DNA from: a virus
Lineage: Duplodnaviria; Caudoviricetes
Reading direction: 5' to 3' (one strand)
DNA: 43,099 bases
Virus record (IMG/VR): IMGVR_UViG_3300011337_000085
Span: 1-43,099 of that record
Part shown: one piece after another, positions 36,580 to 43,099 of the stretch
Numbering within the stretch: the stretch's first letter is position 1
How the letters are laid out: every line of letters begins with the position of its first letter
Notes under the pieces: generated by a model
What the model was told of the DNA's origin: nothing
Seen by the model: the letters and a program-made list of their open reading frames with translations, nothing else
The model's database searches: none
Position numbers and translations under genes: made by a program

Positions 36580-36816
36580 CTATTCTAAATCGTTCTTCTT
36601 ATATAAATCTAGGATGTCTCGTTTGACTTCCTTCAAATCACTTTGGATATCTCTCATAATCTCACGATCTTCATTACGTCTTTCATCCCGAGAGACAATC
36701 TCAGTTTGTAGCAACGCAATCTGTTTCTCGTTTGTGAGAACCCTACGTACTAACCAAGTAATTCCTGAGAAGACAGCAGCTATAGCACTTCCTACGATAT
36801 ACTCAAAGTAGTTCAT
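36580..36816 (-). CDS. Putative holin / lysis membrane protein
   Basis: One N-terminal TM and coiled coil; last gene of the lysis cassette. Confidence 0.55.
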   Translation of the reverse strand: MNYFEYIVGSAIAAVFSGITWLVRRVLTNEKQIALLQTEIVSRDERRNEDREIMRDIQSDLKEVKRDILDLYKKNDLE

Positions 36817-37133
36817 CTTTTGAATAACCCTCTTATTGATCTAGCAATTTCATTAGGGGATGGAAATAACCACCCGAGAACAAGAAGGACTATCATCCAT
36901 ATCGGGGTTTGTTGGATCGTAACTTCTTTAACATTTTCTGCAACAAGAGAAGCGGACTGCTGGATTACATCACGCCCAGCCTCTACCTCAGTCTGATTAG
37001 CTACAACTTGCTGTACATTCTCTTTACCTGCTTGTGTATTGGCAGCTATATTAGGCCCACCACCTGTTAAGAGGCTCAGGGGACCACCACAACCCACTAA
37101 GGCTAGAAGGGCCAGCAAGGGTAGTATACGCAC
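36813..37133 (-). CDS. Lipoprotein with C-terminal TM, candidate unimolecular spanin
   Basis: Lipobox LVGC; C-terminal IWMIVLLVLGWLF; next to lysozyme. Confidence 0.6.
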   Translation of the reverse strand: MRILPLLALLALVGCGGPLSLLTGGGPNIAANTQAGKENVQQVVANQTEVEAGRDVIQQSASLVAENVKEVTIQQTPIWMIVLLVLGWLFPSPNEIARSIRGLFKR

Positions 37134-37134
37134 A

Positions 37135-37608
37135 TCACAGCCCCTTCTTACAGAGTGTGACCTTGCTATCAGCCCTACGGTTCTCTAGTCCCTTAACTGT
37201 CTTACCACCAGCCTTAACCCACTTCCCAAGTTCATCACAAGATTCTTTATACTTGCCTTGGTTAGCTAGTTTCATCATTGTGGATTTACAGACAGCACTA
37301 ACACCAACATTATACCCTAGTTCTAGCATAGAGGCTTGTACACCTACAGGGATGTTAGGGTTGGTCATGCAAGGCTGTAGCTTGGCATAGAAGTCAGATA
37401 CGCCATCCTGTAGCATTGCAAGGCACTGTTCTTTGGTGTAGTGATCACCCATCTTAACACCACGGGTCTCCCCGTAGCAGACGGTAGGAACACCTACGAT
37501 ATCCTTGTAAGCCGTAGTTTCTAGTCCCTCCCACTTAGCGATAAAAGGAGTAGCAGTAACAATCACAGCGGCTGCAATAGCACCAGAAACTTTATTCTTT
37601 AGCGACAT
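37135..37608 (-). CDS. GH24 lysozyme endolysin, possible SAR type
   Basis: E-x8-D-x5-T triad (WEGL...KDIVGVPT), GL.NRR; Ala-rich N-terminal anchor. Confidence 0.93.
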   Translation of the reverse strand: MSLKNKVSGAIAAAVIVTATPFIAKWEGLETTAYKDIVGVPTVCYGETRGVKMGDHYTKEQCLAMLQDGVSDFYAKLQPCMTNPNIPVGVQASMLELGYNVGVSAVCKSTMMKLANQGKYKESCDELGKWVKAGGKTVKGLENRRADSKVTLCKKGL

Positions 37609-37924
37609 CTTGGTAATCCTCTTTCACTAGTACGGGATAGCGTTCTCTAATTTCCTTACGCTTAGAAAGCCACTCTTCTTCTGTAGCTTCACCAGCCTGC
37701 CACTTAAAGAACAAAGGATCAGCCTCAGAAGCATAAGAAATCTGACGCTTGGCACTCTGTTCTTCTTTTGATGGAGTGTAGGCTTGCCATTGGCCATCTA
37801 CAAAAAGTTGACTAGCATGATTAGGTGGAGACTTAACCTCTATTGCTCCCTCAGGAGGTACAGCACCATCTCCAAAGCCACCAATATAGACCCCTGCTTC
37901 GGTTACATAATGAGTAGTTGTCAT
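37592..37924 (-). CDS. Tail fibre assembly chaperone-like protein
   Basis: After fibre gene; Y..E.DPLF...W...R.EI..RYP. Confidence 0.7.
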   Translation of the reverse strand: MTTTHYVTEAGVYIGGFGDGAVPPEGAIEVKSPPNHASQLFVDGQWQAYTPSKEEQSAKRQISYASEADPLFFKWQAGEATEEEWLSKRKEIRERYPVLVKEDYQDVAKE

Positions 37925-38595
37925 GCGAAGGCCCTCACTCGAAGATTCCAGTTTGCATTGGTCAAAGAAACCGCATTACCAGTTGTTCTATTTGCATAGG
38001 TAAAGCAATTTGCTTCATTGCTAAAACGCACGTTGATGTTAGTCGCATCATAGTAGATTGCATTATTTCGGTTTGTACCTGACGTTGTAGCTGCATAACC
38101 AACCATAATAACATCACTGATGGCAAAACCATTTTCTGCTGTTACACAAACTAATTCAATCATAACCATCTTGGGCTGTACACCAAGGCCATGTGCTAGG
38201 GTCAAAAGTCCACCACTTGTGATGGTTTGATCTGTACTAACATAAGCAGTCCTTACTGCAACTTGACTTGCAATAGCTTGTGCAGTTCGCAAAGGGTTCA
38301 TGGGTCTAAGAGTATTAACCCCAGCTTCTGCTTGGGCCTGAGTAGCAAAAGTCTGGTTAGGTTCAAACTTGCTATTGGCTTCATCAAAAGTACCAATACT
38401 AATCCAACCACTATCAGCTTCATTGCGTTTCCACAAGGTGTCTGTGTCGGTCTCATACCAAAACATATTGGCATAAGTTGTAGCGGGTGGCGTAGCACTG
38501 GAGTTTTGAGTTACAATAGCTTGCAAAGCGTTGTTAAGATCAGACCTAAAGTTAGGCGCTGTCTGGTTATCAATTATGTAGTCATGGGTTGCCAT
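37921..38595 (-). CDS. Short tail fibre / receptor-binding protein
   Basis: HDY.I.N.....FRSDLNNAL anchor; ATQAQAEAG repeat; AHGLG..P head domain. Confidence 0.78.
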   Translation of the reverse strand: MATHDYIIDNQTAPNFRSDLNNALQAIVTQNSSATPPATTYANMFWYETDTDTLWKRNEADSGWISIGTFDEANSKFEPNQTFATQAQAEAGVNTLRPMNPLRTAQAIASQVAVRTAYVSTDQTITSGGLLTLAHGLGVQPKMVMIELVCVTAENGFAISDVIMVGYAATTSGTNRNNAIYYDATNINVRFSNEANCFTYANRTTGNAVSLTNANWNLRVRAFA

Positions 38596-38607
38596 ATCGG
38601 GTTCCTA

Positions 38608-41142
38608 TTAGTTATATTGGACCACAGCACTAAGACTTGTGATACTTGGTGTTATGTCTTTAGAGCGGCTAGACAAGATGACCCTAAACTGTGCGGCTCT
38701 TGCGTAAACGTCACTAACTTTGAGTTCTTTGTAGGCTGACCAAGTAGGTGATCCAGCAGGATCATCGTTTGTAGTTCTCATAAAGCACACAACATTAACG
38801 GCATCATCTTGGGCACCACCCGTGAAGTCGTCAAATAGGCCGGGGAGTGTATTAAACAGTCCAGAGATGTTATCCCACAAGCCTGCTGACCTATCAATAC
38901 GATCTACATCAACGTCAATCCTAGCTCTAAACCTACGAACTGCGCCTGTATCAATCCTACCATTAAAAGTGTAGGTTGCACTAAAGGGAGGAGTCCCAGA
39001 GACAGTGGTAATCTCCAATCTGCTAGAGACAACAGAACAACCAGTCTTAGTTCCAAGAAAAGTTGGGCTGTCCGTAAGCAGAGTTGTTGTAGTAAACACC
39101 TCAAGTGCAGTAGAAGGCACCAATGCGGAACTATAGTTTTGAGAAATATTGTTCCCTTTATCATAGGCACGTATCATATAGGTTCCCGGTTTAGCAGGAA
39201 CAGCTACAGAGTTACCGGGACGTGGTACTTTTTCTACATAGGTAGTAGCACCTGCCCATGTGGCCCCTGCTTCATCCACTGAGTGACGAATACGATAGAA
39301 AGACAAGTCAGCGTCAGGAACAGGTGTCCAGATAAGGTTTGCTGTAGAGCCATTAAGTTGAGCAGAGAAGTCCGCAACATCAGACGGTGGAGCAGCAAGA
39401 CCTGCAACTACAAAGTTTGTATAGACTTGCCAATCACCCTTAATACCAAGATAGTTGTAAGCCCTAGCACGAAGGTCGTAGAAGTCATCAAACACATTTA
39501 GTATCTCAAAGCGTCCTAGGTCACCTACACCAACTACAGACCAGTTAGTATCAGAACTTTTCTTGAACTGAACCTCTACACGTTCAACAGCAAAAGGTGT
39601 ATCAGAAGTAACATCTAAATAGATTACGTTAGTTAGGTTTTCGTTGATTACCCTTACCTCACTTGTAGGGTCAATACCAATGTTAGGGACTTCAAAAGCA
39701 CTAGGAAGATTAGTGTTATTTTGCTCAAAGATAGCGGCAGACTTATTGTTAAAGACAGCAGAACTGATCTCACGAAGCGTCATCTGAACTTGCAGATCAA
39801 GACCATCCGTTAAACCAAAGTTCCAGTTTGTAACTTCAAAAGGCTTATTCGCCCAACCAAACCTTGTATTGTTTATGTAGATAAAGTCTCCTACTTCAAC
39901 TTGAAAGGCTTTAAGACCAAAGGAAGCAGAAAAGGTTAGCTGTTCACGGTTACGACGAAGGGCCACATTAGCAATACGCTGTGCAGTCTTAGAAGAACTT
40001 GTGAAGGGCAGTGCGTAGTCAAGAGTATTTACAATACCATTGTCTGTGTCTACAAATATAGGGTCACTTACAGTTGGGTAATCAGCTTCTTGCCAATCAC
40101 TCTCTAAGCCCTTGAACTTACCTTTTACAGTATTAAAGTTATTTCTACGCGAGTGCCTAGTTGAAAGACTAATACCACTACGAAGATCACTTTCATCAAG
40201 GGTTACTGTTGGTGTAGTATAGGCCGAAGCCTTCATACGCCATTTACCTTGAGAGTACCAAAACAAACCACCCATAGATGTAAGTAAGTCGGAGATGATT
40301 TGGTTAGGCTCAAAGCTAGTTACAAAGGTACCATTGCAAGTATAACGCTTCTCACTATCAACGGTCTGATTACAGATAGTAGCGGCAGCAGTGACTAAAG
40401 TATCTTCAATCTTATCACTCGTCTGGGCGAGGCCATAGTCAGAAGATATATAGTCTCTCAAGCAAAGTGCAGGATTATCGGACCATGCTGTGAGGCCAGT
40501 GCTAGGATTATAGACCTTCTTACCACGGATTACAGCGGATACTGTAGGTATTCCATTGGGGAAGACATCTGCATTATACTTAAAGCGTACATAAAGGTAA
40601 GCAATGCCTTGTAGTTTGTGGTCAGATGTCCAAACACCATCTACCAAGGTATTTGTCTCAGCAACTAGATCAGGATCAGCAATCTGTGTAGTAGTCCCAT
40701 AGTACTGCTTGATACGTACATAGTTGTTGTACACAGCAGGAGAGGTTACATTACCTGTTCCATCAATAGTCACCACTTCATCATTCAAATAGATTTGCTG
40801 ATAGCTATCAACTTCGTGCCCTGCAAAAGCCAAGATACGGTGTAGGAACTCATTCTTATTACCAGTAGAGGCATCATAAATACGAACACCCCCAACACGA
40901 ACTTCACCATAGATGATCTGGTGGTCTAATGCTGCACCACTTTCACCAGCAATACTGTAGCCACGAGAGGAACCTGTACTTGGTTTAGGTGTAAGAGCAT
41001 TAAGTGCTGCACCCATTGCTGTAGAGATAAGGAAGTGTCCAAGAGGACCAACAAGACCAAGCGCGGCTATACTCATAAAAGTGCTACCAGCCAAGGCAGC
41101 AGCCCCAGTAGAAGCAGCAGCCATAACAGCAGAAACAGCCAT
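38608..41142 (-). CDS. Tail tip attachment / central fibre protein (J-like, FN3 domains)
   Basis: IIYGEVRVGG, GIAY.Y, RGKKVY.P, NPALC..DY, VEVGD. Confidence 0.88.
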   Translation of the reverse strand: MAVSAVMAAASTGAAALAGSTFMSIAALGLVGPLGHFLISTAMGAALNALTPKPSTGSSRGYSIAGESGAALDHQIIYGEVRVGGVRIYDASTGNKNEFLHRILAFAGHEVDSYQQIYLNDEVVTIDGTGNVTSPAVYNNYVRIKQYYGTTTQIADPDLVAETNTLVDGVWTSDHKLQGIAYLYVRFKYNADVFPNGIPTVSAVIRGKKVYNPSTGLTAWSDNPALCLRDYISSDYGLAQTSDKIEDTLVTAAATICNQTVDSEKRYTCNGTFVTSFEPNQIISDLLTSMGGLFWYSQGKWRMKASAYTTPTVTLDESDLRSGISLSTRHSRRNNFNTVKGKFKGLESDWQEADYPTVSDPIFVDTDNGIVNTLDYALPFTSSSKTAQRIANVALRRNREQLTFSASFGLKAFQVEVGDFIYINNTRFGWANKPFEVTNWNFGLTDGLDLQVQMTLREISSAVFNNKSAAIFEQNNTNLPSAFEVPNIGIDPTSEVRVINENLTNVIYLDVTSDTPFAVERVEVQFKKSSDTNWSVVGVGDLGRFEILNVFDDFYDLRARAYNYLGIKGDWQVYTNFVVAGLAAPPSDVADFSAQLNGSTANLIWTPVPDADLSFYRIRHSVDEAGATWAGATTYVEKVPRPGNSVAVPAKPGTYMIRAYDKGNNISQNYSSALVPSTALEVFTTTTLLTDSPTFLGTKTGCSVVSSRLEITTVSGTPPFSATYTFNGRIDTGAVRRFRARIDVDVDRIDRSAGLWDNISGLFNTLPGLFDDFTGGAQDDAVNVVCFMRTTNDDPAGSPTWSAYKELKVSDVYARAAQFRVILSSRSKDITPSITSLSAVVQYN

Positions 41143-41143
41143 G

Positions 41144-41602
41144 TCAATCCCCCAACAGTTTAGAGTAAATATTTTCGGTATGCTTATACCCTAACCATTC
41201 CAACAGGGAGTCGAAAGGTTTATGTCTTTTGGTGTTGACGATCATAACAGAGACACCATCTTCTTTAAGGCACTTCTCTGCAAACTTCATCAACTTTGGT
41301 CCTGTAAGACCTTTACGATAGTCTTTATCCAAGTATAGAACATCGTTAAAGGCAAACATGTGGTCCATATAGTGAAGATGTGGCCTACAGATGACTACAA
41401 AGTAACCGATAAGACTTTCATCAGACCTTGCTGTAAAAATCTTTAGCATCCCTACCTCTTCTAACGTGTAGTAGGCAGGCCAATCTGGGTTTAGTTTGAT
41501 CACTTCTTTATTTAGTGCAATCTCTTCCCAATGTTGGACAAGTAGTTCCTTAGCTTCTCTCTCAAAAGTTAACACAGATTCTTGTTGGTAAGTAATCGGC
41601 AT
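41144..41602 (-). CDS. GNAT-fold acetyltransferase-like protein
   Basis: D..YL...YRKG..G.KL acetyl-CoA motif; LGY. Confidence 0.75.
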   Translation of the reverse strand: MPITYQQESVLTFEREAKELLVQHWEEIALNKEVIKLNPDWPAYYTLEEVGMLKIFTARSDESLIGYFVVICRPHLHYMDHMFAFNDVLYLDKDYRKGLTGPKLMKFAEKCLKEDGVSVMIVNTKRHKPFDSLLEWLGYKHTENIYSKLLGD

Positions 41603-41615
41603 GTCGGGTGCCTCC

Positions 41616-42455
41616 TTATGTAGTTCCTTTTCTTCCCCAGAAGATTTCTTTATCTTGTAGACCAGCTACAAAGTCTAAGCCTTTATCAGTGGGAAAACGA
41701 GACTTCTGGTCTTCGTTAGTAAAACGCCTAACAACAGGACGCTCAAGTTTAATCAATATATTCTCAGCAGTCACAGCGATGGTTGACGTAGAACCCTCTT
41801 CAGAAATATTCATCTGATCTAGTTCACCAGAAAAGATTTCAGCAAAGTATTTAGTGTCACCTTCAAGCTGAAAGTTAAGCAAGTCTTCTGTCGTAATAAT
41901 CTGATTGCTTTGTGTAGAAATCTCACCCTTGGACAACCACAAACCAAAGAAAATCCTACAAGGTCTTCCCTGATAAGGTTCACTAAGGGCTAGAGACAAG
42001 AAAGAGGAAGGAATACCACTCATAGTGATAGTAGCACCCTTAGCCTCAATTTCTGTAGTCTCTTCAATGGATGAGATATTGACTAACTGACCAGCACCAA
42101 GGTATACACTACCAGCAAACATAGGCCCTGAAGCTACAGTTTGAGACACACTCAGAGTATACGTGCCTACTCCACCAGACCCAGTAACAAGTTCTGTAAT
42201 TTTAGTGTCTGCTGAAACACCAAGGCCAGAAATACTCTCTCCAACCGATAGTGTTCCAGAAACAATAGACGTAACAGTTAGTGTAGTTCCAGAGATTGAA
42301 GCCGTGAACTCAGCAGTTTTATCAGCTACTAGATCACCATAGCCTGTCCAGAGGTATAGAGGACCACTAGAAAAGTCAATCTCAATAGCAAAGAAAGGGT
42401 ATACAACATCTTTTGTAAGGCCACTTATAAACTCTGTTGGTAAATCTCTAGCCAT
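41616..42455 (-). CDS. Tail tip / baseplate hub protein with inserted domain
   Basis: LWTG.G, YLGAG, F.G..D.M, DQ..RFP.D.G..FV...I.WG. Confidence 0.78.
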   Translation of the reverse strand: MARDLPTEFISGLTKDVVYPFFAIEIDFSSGPLYLWTGYGDLVADKTAEFTASISGTTLTVTSIVSGTLSVGESISGLGVSADTKITELVTGSGGVGTYTLSVSQTVASGPMFAGSVYLGAGQLVNISSIEETTEIEAKGATITMSGIPSSFLSLALSEPYQGRPCRIFFGLWLSKGEISTQSNQIITTEDLLNFQLEGDTKYFAEIFSGELDQMNISEEGSTSTIAVTAENILIKLERPVVRRFTNEDQKSRFPTDKGLDFVAGLQDKEIFWGRKGTT

Positions 42456-42473
42456 GCCGGGTTCCTTTAGTCA

Positions 42474-43099
42474 TTAGCTGATACGATAGACAGTATACGT
42501 GTTGGCAGCAGTCTTACGGAATCTAAACAAACCAGACGCACCAATTGCTACAGCCATAGAACCAACCAATGTCAACCCAGTTGCCGTACCAAGAGTTGCA
42601 ATGCCCGCACCAGTGTTAATAACAGACACATCGAAGGACATATCCACTGGGAATGTAGCAGGTACACCACCTTCAATAAGAGTTCCTGTAGGAAGGGTTA
42701 GTGTGGCTACAGCACCTGTATATTGTACAATCCCAGTAAGCAATTCTGCTATGGTGAGGGTAGCAGCAGCAGCCTTTGAAGTTTGTGCAGGTTGAGCCTT
42801 ATATACTACACCAGTGGTGACTGTTGCACCAACCACATGTAGGGGTGAGATGGCGGTAGTAGTTCCAATACCTACGTTACCAGCTACATAGTTAGGTGCG
42901 GTTCCTGTAAGATAAAGATTATACGCGGTACCCCCACCACTAGCTATGTTTTGGCTGGAGTTAAAGGCGTAAACAAACTTACCTGTAGTCACAGAAGCAG
43001 CAGCAACACCATTTACAGAGAATCCAATATTAGTGGTAGCCCCGATCAAATTGCCCTCTACCAAGAAGCCTACCTGACTAGTGACCGTTGCACTTGCAC
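42474..43099 (-). CDS. Tail fibre / receptor-binding protein, 3' part of the gene starting at 719
   Basis: In frame across the junction (719+499 nt = 406 codons); second GNVGIGT motif. Confidence 0.85.
   Translation of the reverse strand, partial: ASATVTSQVGFLVEGNLIGATTNIGFSVNGVAAASVTTGKFVYAFNSSQNIASGGGTAYNLYLTGTAPNYVAGNVGIGTTTAISPLHVVGATVTTGVVYKAQPAQTSKAAAATLTIAELLTGIVQYTGAVATLTLPTGTLIEGGVPATFPVDMSFDVSVINTGAGIATLGTATGLTLVGSMAVAIGASGLFRFRKTAANTYTVYRIS

Noticed and set aside
42973-43099. Biological direct terminal repeat
   Set aside because: 127 nt matches a common assembler k-mer and lies mid-gene; better explained as circular overlap

Overview
The window is a complete, circularly assembled genome of a lytic siphovirus-like dsDNA phage. 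It is 42,972 bp plus a 127-bp assembly overlap (1-127 = 42973-43099). The minus strand carries one long morphogenesis/lysis operon that wraps across the contig junction: TerS, TerL, portal, ChaB-domain/XkdF-type protease, scaffold, capsid, neck, tail tube, chaperones, tape measure, Dit, fibre, hub, GNAT, J-like tip, second fibre, lysozyme, spanin-like and holin-like genes. The plus strand carries small early genes, a sigma-like factor and a T7-like replication module (primase-helicase, PolA, SSB, exonuclease, endonuclease I). It also carries nucleotide genes: thyX, MazG-like, class II RNR, glutaredoxin and phoH. I found no integrase, repressor or RNA polymerase. An alphaproteobacterial host is inferred from GANTC-rich promoters and gene content, not shown. 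Best-supported notable features: (1) a 717-nt group I intron with an HNH-type ORF interrupting the class II RNR right after a catalytic Cys codon; (2) an identical 44-bp promoter element driving both the late operon and SSB, with a variant before primase; (3) a dense GANTC cluster in the early promoters; (4) an ACCCGAC box between SD and start codon of several genes, with a complementary hairpin loop; (5) a -1 frameshift in the tail chaperone; (6) two adjacent genes with NNT-codon Ala-rich repeat tracts. Family assignments come from motif recognition and synteny, not database searches.
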